From: an uncultured Candidatus Rokubacteria bacterium
Lineage (GTDB): Bacteria > Methylomirabilota > Methylomirabilia > Rokubacteriales > CSP1-6
Direction: 5' to 3'
Length of the DNA: 64,000 bases
NCBI GenBank assembly: GCA_963789955.1
Contig: CAWBMV010000012.1
Span: 384,001-448,000 of the forward strand
Positions 9,698-23,127 of this stretch are shown here, in pieces. Under the pieces are notes generated by a model. It did no database searches and had not been told where the DNA came from. It worked only from the letters and a program-made list of their open reading frames with translations. Each line of letters starts with the position of its first letter. Within the stretch, counting starts at the first letter, position 1. The position numbers and the translations under genes were made by a program.

Positions 9698-11532
9698 CCG
9701 TCGCCTCGACGCGGGGCCGCTCCTCTGCGACGGCGCGATGGGCACCTTGCTCTACTCGCGCGGGGTCTCGCTCGACGCGTGCTTCGACGTCCTCAACCTG
9801 AACAATCCTCGGGTCGTCCAGTCGATCCACGCCGACTACATCGCCGCGGGCGCCGATTGCATCGAGACCAACACGTTCGGCGCCAACCGGTTCAAGCTCG
9901 CGGTCCACGGCCTGGACCACCAGGTGCGCGAGATCAATCGGCGTGGTGTCGCGCTCGCGCGCGACGTGCGCGAGAGCTCGGGCCGGGACGTCTTCGTCCT
10001 GGGCTCCATCGGTCCGCTCGGGAAGTACCTGGCGCCGCTCGGCACGGTCACGCCCGACGAGGCGCGGGCGGCGTTTCGTGAGCAGGCCGAAGCCCTCCTC
10101 GAGGGCGGTGTCGACGCGTTCGTGATCGAGACGTTCTCCGACCTGGAGGAGGTCGCGCTCGCCGTGGCGGCCATCCGCGCGATCACCGACGCGCCGATCA
10201 TCGCCCAGATGGCGTTCACCGACGACGGGGTGACCTTCACCGGGCGCCCGGCCGCCGAGGTCGCGCGGGTCCTGCGCGCGCTTGCCCGTTCAGGCGCTCG
10301 GCGCCAACTGCTCGGTCGGCTCGAGCACGCTCTACGAGGTTCTCGAGCAGATGCACGCCGAAGCCGGCCGCGTGCCGCTCTGCATCCAGCCCAACGCCGG
10401 CCTGCCGAGCCGGATCGGCGAGCGCCTCATCTATCTGTCCTCTCCCGCGTATATGGCCGAGTACGCCCAGCGCATGGTCGACGCCGGCGCGCGCCTCGTG
10501 GGCGGATGCTGCGGCACGACGCCCCAGCACATCGCCGCGATGCGCGAGGTGCTCGATCGCCGGCGGCCGGCCCGACCCGAAGCCCGACACGCGCCGGTCA
10601 CGGTCAGCCCGGTCGCGACGGGCCGTGCCCCCGGCCTGCATGTCGCGCGTCCGCCGACCGTGCTCGGGCGCAAGCTCGCCGCGCGCGAGTTCGTCGTGAC
10701 GGTCGAGCTCGATCCGCCGCGGGGCCACACGGTCGAGAAGCTCGTGCAGGGCGCGAAGCTCCTGCGCGAGCGGGGCGTCGACATCGTCGACATCAACGAC
10801 GGCTCGCTCGGCCGGGTCCGCATGGCGGTGCTGCCGACCGCGCTCCTCGTGCGGGACGCGACGGGACTCGACATCAACATGCACTTCACCTGTCGCGACC
10901 GGAATCTCATGGGCATCCAGGGCGATCTGCTGGGCGCCCACGCGCTCGACGTGCGCAACATCTTGGCGATGACCGGCGACCCGCCGCGCGCGGGCGACTA
11001 CGCCAACGCCACGGCCGTCTTCGACGTCGACGGGGTCGGACTCATGGAGATCCTCCGCCGGATGAACGAGGGGCAGGACGCCACTGGGAGCAGCATCGGC
11101 GAGCCGACCTCGTTCTACGTGGGGGCCGCGCTGAACCCGGCCGCCGAGGACGTCCCGCGCGAGATCGACCGCTTCAACCGCAAGGTTCGGGCCGGCGCCC
11201 GATGGATCCAGACCCAGCCCGTGTACGATCTGGCGCAGCTCGATCGTTTCCTCGAGGTCGCGGGCGGCTCGCCCGTTCCGGTTCTGGTCGGCATTCTTCC
11301 GCTCCACAGCGCGCGCCACGCCGAGTTCCTGCACAACGAGGTCCCGGGCATCACGATTCCCGAGGACGTCCGCCGCCGTCTGCGCGAGGCCGGCGACGGC
11401 GCGCTCCGGGTCGGCATCGAGATGGCGCAGGAGCTGGTGCGTGCCGTACGGACGCGTTACGCGGGCGCCTACCTGATGCCCTCGTTCGGCCGATTCGAGG
11501 TCGTCGCGGAGATTCTCGATGCGATCCGCTGA
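9681..11532 (+). CDS. yitJ: Bifunctional homocysteine S-methyltransferase / methylenetetrahydrofolate reductase (apparent frameshift near 10283)
   Basis: DGAMGT..ETNTFGAN..GANCS..GGCCG, then MTHFR motifs VELDPP, HFTCRDRN, TGDPP, TQPVYD, HNEVPGI. Confidence 0.9.
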
Positions 11533-12826
11533 CCTGTCCTCGCTCGGCGCTCGCGAAGCGGCGGAGGCGGTTCGCGCGGGTCGCGTGAGCACGGTCGAGC
11601 TGGTCGAGGCGTGCCTGGCGCGGATGCGCGCGCTCGACTCCGAGCTCAAGGCGTGGGCCCACGTCGACGGAGAGGGCGCGCTCGCGGTCGCGCGCGAACG
11701 GGAGTCGGAGGCGCGCGCGGGACGGCTGCGCGGTCCGCTTCACGGCGTTCCGATCGGCGTGAAGGACATCTTCGACGTCGCCGGGATGCCGACCACCGGA
11801 GGCGCGAAATCCTTCGCCCACACGCGGCCGAGCGCCGATGCCGCGTCGGTGGCGCGGATCCGTGCCGCGGGCGCGATCGTGCTCGGGAAGACCGTGACGA
11901 CGGAGTTCGCGTACCGCGATCCGGCGCCGACCCGGAACCCGTGGAACCACGGCCACACGCCCGGCGGCTCGTCGGCGGGCTCGGCCGCCGCCGTCGCGGC
12001 CCGGATGACGCCGCTGGCGCTCGGCTCGCAGACGGTCGGCTCCGTGCTTCGGCCGGCCGCGTATTGCGGCGTCGTCGGGTTCAAGGGCACGCACGGCCTG
12101 GTACCGGTCGCGGGTGTCATCCCGCTCGCGTGGTCGCTCGATCACGTCGGCGTGCTCACCCGTTCGGTCGGCGACGCCGCCCTGGCGATGTCCGTGCTGG
12201 CCGGTCGCGACCTGGAGCCGTCGGCGGTGAGCGCGCCGCGACTCGCGCTGGCTCCCGAGCTGCTCGGCCGTGCGTCGCGTGAGGTCACGGCGCACATCGA
12301 GGCCGTCGCCGACGCGTTTGCCCGCGCGGGGGCGACCGTGTCGAAGGTCGAGCTGCCGGCCTCGTTTCATGATCTCGCCGCGGCGGGGCTCACGGTCCTC
12401 GAAGCCGAGGCCGCGGCCTATCACGAGCCGTGGTTCGGCAAGCACGCCGATCAGTACGGATCGGAGATGCGGAGCCTCATCGAAGCGGGTCTCCGTGTGC
12501 CGGCGACGGCCTATGTCAGCGCCAACCGGGCGCGGCTCGCGTTTCGCGACGACGTGACGCCGCTGCTGGCCGCGCACGATGCGCTCCTGTGCCCGACGGC
12601 GCCGGCGCCTGCGCCGGCGGGCCTGGGCTCGACAGGCGACGGCTCGCTGTGCTCGCCCTGGAGCAGCGCGGGTGTCCCGGCGATCACCCTGCCGAGCGGT
12701 ATCGCCTCCTCCGGGCTGCCCCACGCCATCCAGCTCGTGCAGGCGGCGGGCGCGTCGAGTCGTCTCCTCGGTGTCGCCGCGTGGTGCGAGCGCGTGCTCG
12801 GCTTCACCCGGGTTCCCGGAGGCTAG
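11519..12826 (+). CDS. Amidase-signature family protein
   Basis: GVPIGVKD, GGSSAGS, GSQTVGSVLRPA. Confidence 0.92.
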   Translation: MRSADLSSLGAREAAEAVRAGRVSTVELVEACLARMRALDSELKAWAHVDGEGALAVARERESEARAGRLRGPLHGVPIGVKDIFDVAGMPTTGGAKSFAHTRPSADAASVARIRAAGAIVLGKTVTTEFAYRDPAPTRNPWNHGHTPGGSSAGSAAAVAARMTPLALGSQTVGSVLRPAAYCGVVGFKGTHGLVPVAGVIPLAWSLDHVGVLTRSVGDAALAMSVLAGRDLEPSAVSAPRLALAPELLGRASREVTAHIEAVADAFARAGATVSKVELPASFHDLAAAGLTVLEAEAAAYHEPWFGKHADQYGSEMRSLIEAGLRVPATAYVSANRARLAFRDDVTPLLAAHDALLCPTAPAPAPAGLGSTGDGSLCSPWSSAGVPAITLPSGIASSGLPHAIQLVQAAGASSRLLGVAAWCERVLGFTRVPGG

Positions 12827-12835
12827 CGCCGCCGC

Positions 12836-14431
12836 GTGCTGGACCTGAAAATCGAGGGCGCACAGCTCATCGACGGCACCGGGCGACCGGGCAATCGCAC
12901 GGACGTCGGGATCAAGGACGACAAGATCGCGGCCATCGGCGACCTGCATCGCGAGCCGGCGGGCCGCAACCTGCACGCGTCGGGCAAGGTCGTGGCGCCC
13001 GGCTTCATCGACATGCACTCGCACTCCGACTGGCGGCTGTGGGACAACCGGCGAGCCGAGTCGAAGGTGAGGCAGGGCGTGACCACGGAGGTCGTCGGCA
13101 ACTGCGGCTTTTCTCCGGCGCCCGTGTCGACGGAGTTCCTGGACGATCTCCGAGGGTTCGCGCTGCACGTCCCGGCGAGCATGGATTTCCGCTGGCGCTC
13201 GGTCGGCGAGTACCTGAAAGCGTTCGACACCAGCGGTACGGCGCTCAACGTGATCCAGCTGATCGGCCACGGCACCCTGCGGATCGCCGCGATGGGCTTC
13301 GCGCGGCGTGAGCCGACCGCCACCGAGCTCAGCCGGATGCAACGCTATATCGCCGACGGGATCGAGGATGGGGCCTGGGGGCTCTCTACCGGCCTCATCT
13401 ACGCTCCGGGCTCGTACGCCACGACCGATGAGATCGTCACCTTGGCGGCCACCGCCTCGCGCCATCGCGGCTTCTACGCGAGCCATATCCGCGGGGAAGG
13501 CGCGACCTTGCTGGACGCCATCCGCGAAGCGATCCACGTCGGGCGCGAGGGCGACCTGCCGGTCCAGATCAGTCACGTGAAGGCCGCGGGACGGCCGAAC
13601 TGGGGCAAGGTCGCCGAGGCCCTCCAGCTCATCGACGAGGCGCGGGCCGAGGGGCTCGACGTGATGGCGGACGTCTATCCCTACACGGCCTCGAGCACGA
13701 CGCTCCGGACGCTCTTGCCGGACTGGGCGCTCGAGGGCGGGATCGACGCCATGCTCAAGCGTCTCGCCGATCCGCAGGAGCGTGAGCGAATCCGCCGCGA
13801 CATCGAGTCGCCCGAGGTTGGCCAGGGCCTCCTCGACCGGATCGGCTGGGAGAACGTCATGGTGGCCTCCTGCGGGCGGCGCAAGGACGCGGAGGGCAAG
13901 CGCATCTCGGAGATCGCGGCGAGTCGCGGGATCGACCCGCTCGACGCCTCGATCGAGCTGATCGTCGCCGAGGGCGGCAAGGGGTATATGATCCTCTTCC
14001 AGCTCGACGAGCGCGATCTTCGCCGTGCGCTGACTCACCCCGCGGTGATGATCGGATCCGACGGTTCGGCGCTCGCGCCGTACGGCGAGCTGGCGGTCGG
14101 CAAGCCGCACCCCAGGAGCTATGGCACGTTCCCGCGCGTTCTGGGCGAGTACGCACGTGAGCAGCGCGTGCTGAGCCTGCCCCAGGCGATCCACAAGATG
14201 ACTCAGCTGCCGGCCCGCCGCCTCGGGCTGAAAGACCGCGGTGTCGTCACCGTGGGCGCTCGCGCCGATCTCGTCGTGTTCGACGCGCGCAAGGTCGCCG
14301 ACCGCGCCACCTACCAGGAGCCGCACCAGTACCCGTCGGGCATCGAGCACGTGCTGGTGAACGGCCGCTTCGTCATCAAGGACGGCCAGCACACCGGAAG
14401 CCTCCCGGGCCGATTGCTGACGCCGCCATGA
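12836..14431 (+). CDS. N-acyl-D-amino-acid deacylase (D-aminoacylase)
   Basis: PGFIDMHSHSD, GNCGFS, SHIRGE, GSDG, HPRSYGTFPR. Confidence 0.92.
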   Translation: MLDLKIEGAQLIDGTGRPGNRTDVGIKDDKIAAIGDLHREPAGRNLHASGKVVAPGFIDMHSHSDWRLWDNRRAESKVRQGVTTEVVGNCGFSPAPVSTEFLDDLRGFALHVPASMDFRWRSVGEYLKAFDTSGTALNVIQLIGHGTLRIAAMGFARREPTATELSRMQRYIADGIEDGAWGLSTGLIYAPGSYATTDEIVTLAATASRHRGFYASHIRGEGATLLDAIREAIHVGREGDLPVQISHVKAAGRPNWGKVAEALQLIDEARAEGLDVMADVYPYTASSTTLRTLLPDWALEGGIDAMLKRLADPQERERIRRDIESPEVGQGLLDRIGWENVMVASCGRRKDAEGKRISEIAASRGIDPLDASIELIVAEGGKGYMILFQLDERDLRRALTHPAVMIGSDGSALAPYGELAVGKPHPRSYGTFPRVLGEYAREQRVLSLPQAIHKMTQLPARRLGLKDRGVVTVGARADLVVFDARKVADRATYQEPHQYPSGIEHVLVNGRFVIKDGQHTGSLPGRLLTPP

Positions 14432-14435
14432 CGTC

Positions 14436-17400
14436 GTGAAGAACGAGCGAGCGCTCCGGAATCTGGTGACGCCGATCTTCTCGGCGCCCACGGTGGCCGA
14501 CGGCCTCGTCACGACTCTGCGCCGCGTTGTGGAGCTGACCGGCGCGACGGCCGGCGCGATCGCGTTCAGGCCGCGATGCCAGGAGCCGATCGTCGTCACG
14601 GCCGGCGCCAAGCGCTCGCCGGCCGCACTGCGGGAGTGGCTGACGACGGTCGCGGCGACGCCCGCGGCCCGCCCGCAGCTCACGCGCGTCGTTCCGCCGG
14701 GCGCGCCGGCGAGCGGCGGGTCGGCGTTGCTCCGGACGCCGCTCGGCTCCCCGAGCCGCCGCGTCGGCGAGCTCGTCCTCGTCGGTCGCGTCGGCGCCCT
14801 CAAGGCGACGGCGCTGCCCGCGGACCTGCCGCAGGAGCTGGGCGCGGCGCTCGAGCAGCTCGGCGAGCGCGAGCAGCGGGTGAGTCGCGAGGCGGCGGTC
14901 GCCGAGATCACCCGCGTGCTCACGGCGCGACACACGATCGACGACCTGTTCGCCGCCTTCGCCGGGGGCGCCGCGAAGCTCGTGCGGTTCGACCTGCTCA
15001 CCGTGGCGCTGCTCGACGGCCGAGCGGCGTGAGTTCGAGCTCGTCAACGTGACGCCGCGCACGCCGGCGACGCCGAGGCCGCGCGAGCGGTGGATGCCGC
15101 TCGAGGGCACCCTGCTGGCGCGCGTCGTGGCCGACGGCGCGCCGATCCGGATCGACGACGTCGAGCGCGAGCAGGTGCCCGAGGTGAGCCGCCGGATTCT
15201 CGCCGCGGGCGCCTTCCGCGCGGTCGTGTTCGTCCCGCTGGTGTGCGGCGGCCAGGTCCTCGGCGCGGTCGTGCTCGCCGCGAACCGGCCCCGCGCGTTC
15301 ACCGACGCGGACGTCGAGACGATCGCCGACCTCGGGCGCCCGCTGGCCCTCGGGATCGAACAATGGCGTCTCGCCGAAGAGAGCCGGCGCCGGACCGACG
15401 AGCTGGCGGCGCTACACGCGACCAGTCAGCTCATCACCGCGCGCCTCGACGTGGCGTCGGTCCTCGATCGGATCAGCCTCTCGGTCCCGGCGCTGATCGG
15501 GGCCAGCGGGTGCGGGATCGCGCTCTTCAACAGCGAGCGGACGCACGTCGTGCAGGCGGCCGCTCACGGCGTTCAGAGCGAGGAGTGGCGCACGCTCTCG
15601 GTGCCGATCGGCGAGGGGATCATCGGCCGCGTGGCGGCCGAGGGCGTCGCGATCCGCGTGGGTGACGTGCAGAGCGACGTGCGCTCGGCGCAGCGTGAGG
15701 TGGACGCGCGCGAAGGGATCCGTGCGCTGCTGTGCGTTCCCCTGAAGGTCGTGGGCGCGGTCATCGGCGTGGTCTCGGCCTTCTCGACGCGGCCCCGCAG
15801 CTTCACGGCGCATCACCAGCGCGTCCTGGAAGCCTTCGCCGAGCACGCCGGCATTGCGATCCACGGCGCGCGGCTCTTCGACGAGAGCGTGCGCGGCGCG
15901 CGCGAGACGCGCGCGCTCCTCGAGGCCGGGCGCGCCGTCACGGCGAGCCTCGACGTCGGCCGAACGATCCGGATGATCCTCGAAGAGGCGCGAGGCGTGC
16001 TCGGGGTCGACTCGTGCAGCGTCTCGACCTTCGATCCGCCGACCAACGAGCTGGTCATGGTCGCGAGCCTCGATGTCCCGCAGGAGCTGGTGTCGACGGT
16101 CCGACTGCGTCTGGGCGAAGGCGTGGCCGGGCGCGCGGTGCAGGAGCGGCGTCCGATGCAGAGCAGCGACCTCTGGGCGGACCAGCGCAACAAGTATCCG
16201 TCATCTGGCGCGAAAGGGCGGCTTCCGCTCGATGCTCGTCGGTCCCGCTCTGTGCGGCGATCAGACGATCGGCGCCATCAGCGTCTTGCGGCGCGACGTC
16301 CACGAGTTCTCGGCGCACGAAGAGGAGCTCCTGGTGGCGCTGGCTGACCAGGCGGCGATCGCCCTGGAGCACGCGCGCCTCTACACCGAGCTCGAGGCCA
16401 TGGTCGCCGACCGTACCCGGGAGCTCGACACCCAGAAACGGTTCGTCGAGGTGGTCCTGGAGACGCTTCCGCTCGGCGTGTTCGTCGTGGACACCGATCT
16501 GAACGTGGTCCGGGTCAACTCGGCGGGTGGCCGTGCCCTCGCCGGCGACGCGGGCGTGCGCGGGCCGCTGGCCCGGCTGCTGCCGACCGACAAGGTGGAG
16601 CCGATCGAGAGCCTGCTGCGGGACGCCTTCCGGATGCGGCGTGTCGGCTCGATCGAGGAGGAGATGGTCGTCGCGGGCGACGCCAAGATCTTTCGCCTGA
16701 CCGCGGCGCCGGTCGAGGCCGCCAGCGATCGCGGCGCCCATGCCGTGCTCCTGGTCGAGGACGTGACGCTCGCGAAGCGGCTCGAGCGCCAGATGCTGCT
16801 GACCGAGCGGCTCACGACCGCCGGACGCCTCGCGGCCGGCGTCGCGCACGAGCTGAACAACCCGCTGGCGACGATCGCCGGATGCGCCGAATCGCTCCAC
16901 GGGCGGCTGGACGAGGGCGATCCGGCCGGGCTGTCCGAGCCGGCGGACTTCCGCCACTATCTGCGGCTCATCGAGGAAGAGGCGTATCGCTGTAAAGAAA
17001 TCACCGGAAGCCTGCTACAGTTCGTCCGTGATCCCGGGAGCCAGCGGAGCGCGACCGATCTGAACGGTGTCGTCCTGAAGGCCGCGGAGCTTCTGGCTCA
17101 CCAGTCCCGCTTCGCGCGGAGCCGGGTGGTGACCGAGCTCGATGCCGACCTGCCGACGGTCGCGGTGAACGAAGGCCAGCTCCGCCAGGTGTGTCTCGGG
17201 CTAGCCTCGAACGCGCTCGAAGCGATGGAGGGCCGTGGCACCTTGATCATCCGATCGCGTCGGACCCGCGACGAAGTCGAGATCGAGCTGGAGGACGAAG
17301 GCCCGGGGATCCCCGACCGAGAACCTCGGTCGGATCTTCGATCCGTTCTTCACGACCAAGCCTCCCGGGCAGGGGACGGGGCTCGGCCTCGCGATCGCCC

Positions 17401-17485
17401 AGGGCATCGTGAACGATCACGGCGGTCGAATCGAGGTCAGCTCCGTTGTCGGCAAGGGCAGCGTCTTCCGCGTGGTGCTGCCGCT

Positions 17486-17489
<4 letters not shown>
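14436..17489 (+). CDS. Multi-GAF/PAS sensor histidine kinase (apparent frameshifts near 15030, 16205 and 17320)
   Basis: Successive GAF segments in ORFs 14436, 15049 and 16073; H-box [29 protein letters not shown] in the shifted frame. Confidence 0.85.
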
Positions 17490-18839
<1,350 letters not shown>

Positions 18840-19009
18840 CGGCCGGCGGGTGACGCGCGGCAACAAAGCGCGTCGCCTAGTTGCGCGTCGCCTCAGCCTG
18901 TGTACACTGAATGCGTCCGCCGCTTTGGGCGGACCTCGCCTCCGATGAAAGTGACCTTCCGCGTTCGCGGGGCGTGCAAGAGAGCGGAAGACAGTCCGAG
19001 GGGGTTCCG

Positions 19010-19399
19010 ATGGCATCTAAACTCTATATAGGCGGTCTTGCGTACTCCACGACCAGCGAAGGGCTCCGGGAGTTCTTCACACAGTGCGGTAACGTTCTTT
19101 CCGCAACCGTGATCACCGATCGATTCTCCGGGCAGTCCCGGGGATTCGGGTTCGTCGAGATGAACACGGCAGAGGAGGCCACGGCTTCGATTTCTCAGCT
19201 CAACGGGCGCGAGCTCGACGGCCGGAGAATCACGGTGGAGATCTCGAATCCGCAGGCTGCCCGCACGGGTGGCGGCGGCGGTGGCGGCAATCGGCCGGGA
19301 GGCGGCGGCCGCCCGGGCGGTGGTGGACGGGGACCCGGTGGCGGCGGCGGGCGGGACAGCGGGTACGCGCATCGGCCGTCCAAGCCCGTGAAGTGGTAA
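19010..19399 (+). CDS. RRM RNA-binding protein with Gly-rich tail (second paralog)
   Basis: KLYIGGL, RGFGFVEM; ATG at 19010. Confidence 0.93.
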   Translation: MASKLYIGGLAYSTTSEGLREFFTQCGNVLSATVITDRFSGQSRGFGFVEMNTAEEATASISQLNGRELDGRRITVEISNPQAARTGGGGGGGNRPGGGGRPGGGGRGPGGGGGRDSGYAHRPSKPVKW

Positions 19400-19413
19400 G
19401 ACCGACACGATGA

Positions 19414-19485
19414 GGCGGGAGCCTCGGTCACGACCGAGGCTGCCGCAATCGTAGGCACGCGGGGGTCAGCCAACAGGCTGACCCC
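19414..19485. terminator. Two hairpins between convergent genes
   Basis: AGCCTCGGTC-AC-GACCGAGGCT and GGGGTCAGCC-AACA-GGCTGACCCC. Confidence 0.55.
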
Positions 19486-19537
19486 GGTGTCGTTTTACCG
19501 ACCGGCGTGCCTCGAGCGCAGGCGACGAGCACCGGCT

Positions 19538-21409
19538 TCAGGCGGTCGGCGCGGGCTCGGCCCCGTCGAAGATCCGGTCGTAGCGCCCGTACTCGCGGGC
19601 GGCGTCCATGAACCACTTCACGATCTCGGCGTCGGAGCGCGGCGGGATCTCACAGGACGTCGACAGGATGAAGGCGGACTGCTTCGCCGCCGCGTCGATA
19701 CACCGCCGCACGTCGGCGACCATCGCCTCCTTCGTCGAGCGCTCGAACTTCGTCGCGTCCACGTTCCCGATCGCCACCGCCCGCCCCTTCGAGACCTCCA
19801 TGAACCGCGTGAGCTGGTCCACGTAGAGGGTTGGATCCCCCTGCTGGTCGAGATCGAACGAGATCGTCGTGAAGCCACAGCGGAGCAGGTCCTCGTAGAT
19901 CGGATAGGTCGTGCCGCAGATGTGCGTCGTCACGCCGACCTTCTTGGCCTTGAAGTGGTCGACGAGCTCCTTGTGATACGGCGCGACGAAGTCCCGGTAG
20001 TTGTCGGGAGAGATCAGGCTGATCGACGCGGTCGGCTCCGAGAACGAGAGGCCGATCCCGGTCTTGGCGATGGCGTCGCCCCACAGCTTGCAGAAGTCGG
20101 TCGCGACCCGCATCAGGTCGTGGATGAACTGCGGGTCCTCGAACGTGTCGAGCAGCATCGTCTCGGGGTTGCGCAGCAGCATCGCGATCGTCCACGGACC
20201 GACAGCGACCGCCCCGAGGGCCGTCGGCGGCTTCGCTTTCACCAGCGCCTCGCACTGCTCGAGAAACCCGGGAAGCCGCGCGGTCTTGTAGGGGTCGGGC
20301 ATGGTGAGCTTCGCCAGCTTGCTCTTGTCCTCGTGCAGGACGTGCTGGTCGATCGACGGCACGACGTAGTCCGAGTACTTCACGCGGCAGCCGAAGGCTT
20401 CCGCTTCCTTCGCGAGGTCGTTGTAGGCCAGGACCACGTCGGGCTGATAGCGCTCGTAGTAGTTCAACATCGCCGTGATCGCCTTCGGCACGTTGGTGCA
20501 GTACTCCTCGATCGACAGGCCGTCGAGCGTGCCGGCGAACGAGGCGACGATCGGATAGACCGGCACGCGATCCGCGAACGACCGGCGATAGGCGGCCACC
20601 ACCCGATCACGGTTCGTGAACTGCGACCGGCCGTGCTCGACCTCCCAGATCCGGCTGGCCTCCATGTACTTCGGCGGCAGCTTGGCCTCGTACTCGAGGA
20701 ACTGGGTGATCGGGTAGCGGATCCCACCGTTGTGGGTGCCCTTGAGGCCCTCGATGATCTCTTCCATCTGACCCCACGGAATCGTGAAGGCCATCTCGTG
20801 GTCCTGCGTCTGGCCGAAGATCCGATCGCCGGAGCACGGCAGGATCACCTGCGGCTGGTCGGTCCGCATCGTGGTGACGATGATCTCCGAGCAGTCGATG
20901 CGGCCGCCGAAGGCGGAGGTCAGCTTGCCGCCCCGCTTCCAGAGCGCGGCCTGGGTCAGGCGCATCACCTGCGCAGGGTTGGCGTAGATGCAGACCAGGT
21001 GCGGCTCGAACGTCGTGCGATCGAGCGGCGCCACCAGCAAGGTCGAGTACTCGCCCGGCGAGAACTTGTCGACGGCGGCTTCCGAGCGCTGGCCCGCCGA
21101 CTTCGTCTCCGTGTACATGCCCTCGCACAGGGTTCCCGAGTTGTGCAGGTGCGTCGGCTTCTCGAAGCCGAGCGCCGCGATGCCGAGCGAGCAGATGTGA
21201 TCCTCGCGCGTGAGCGCGATCATCCAACCGTAGCGCCGGGCCATGTCGATGACCTGGCAGTTCATGCTGAGCTTCTTGAAATCGCGCGCCGGCCGCCGGG
21301 CTTTCTCGGGGATTTCCTCCCCCGGCCGGAGCATCCGGATCGCCACCGGGAACGTCTGCGGGCGGATGTAGAGCTGGAGCTCCCGGTCAGCCGTCTTGAC
21401 GTCGATCAT
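19538..21409 (-). CDS. DUF169-domain / uroporphyrinogen-decarboxylase-superfamily (MtaA/CmuA-like) fusion protein
   Basis: N-terminus PVAIR..NCQ..ARRYG..ICSLG..DCSE..PCSGDR (DUF169-like); C-terminus DRVPVYP, EAEAFGC, THICG, GNVD, ILSTSCEIP; one uninterrupted frame; SD GGAGG. Confidence 0.8.
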   Translation of the reverse strand: MIDVKTADRELQLYIRPQTFPVAIRMLRPGEEIPEKARRPARDFKKLSMNCQVIDMARRYGWMIALTREDHICSLGIAALGFEKPTHLHNSGTLCEGMYTETKSAGQRSEAAVDKFSPGEYSTLLVAPLDRTTFEPHLVCIYANPAQVMRLTQAALWKRGGKLTSAFGGRIDCSEIIVTTMRTDQPQVILPCSGDRIFGQTQDHEMAFTIPWGQMEEIIEGLKGTHNGGIRYPITQFLEYEAKLPPKYMEASRIWEVEHGRSQFTNRDRVVAAYRRSFADRVPVYPIVASFAGTLDGLSIEEYCTNVPKAITAMLNYYERYQPDVVLAYNDLAKEAEAFGCRVKYSDYVVPSIDQHVLHEDKSKLAKLTMPDPYKTARLPGFLEQCEALVKAKPPTALGAVAVGPWTIAMLLRNPETMLLDTFEDPQFIHDLMRVATDFCKLWGDAIAKTGIGLSFSEPTASISLISPDNYRDFVAPYHKELVDHFKAKKVGVTTHICGTTYPIYEDLLRCGFTTISFDLDQQGDPTLYVDQLTRFMEVSKGRAVAIGNVDATKFERSTKEAMVADVRRCIDAAAKQSAFILSTSCEIPPRSDAEIVKWFMDAAREYGRYDRIFDGAEPAPTA

Positions 21410-21631
21410 GGGCGCCGCCTCCGGGTGCAGCGTACTACATTTTCCAGGCTCGCCTCGGCCGGCGGGGCCCCCAGGCCCGCGAAGGCAGGCGCCGCTCAGT
21501 CCCTCGCGAAATCCGCTGCAACAGAGGTAGAATACGCGCGCTCCAGCGGGGAGTGCCCGCCGCCGCGGCGTCCCGGGTCCGGCTACACCGGCTGGGGCGC
21601 GGCCGCCGATCACTATCAGAGGAGGGTCCAC

Positions 21632-23069
<1,438 letters not shown>

Positions 23070-23127
23070 CCCCGCGACCGCCCGAGCAGATGCCGATTCA
23101 CTCGCAAACCACCACACGAGGGGAGCT

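Noticed and set aside
11351..15001. 1216-aa minus-strand ORF
   Set aside because: Antisense shadow of the amidase and D-aminoacylase genes; Arg/Ala/Gly-rich with no motifs, as expected in high-GC DNA.
15030..15032. TGA as a selenocysteine or read-through codon in the kinase
   Set aside because: The coding sequence resumes in a different frame, which indicates an indel and not recoding.
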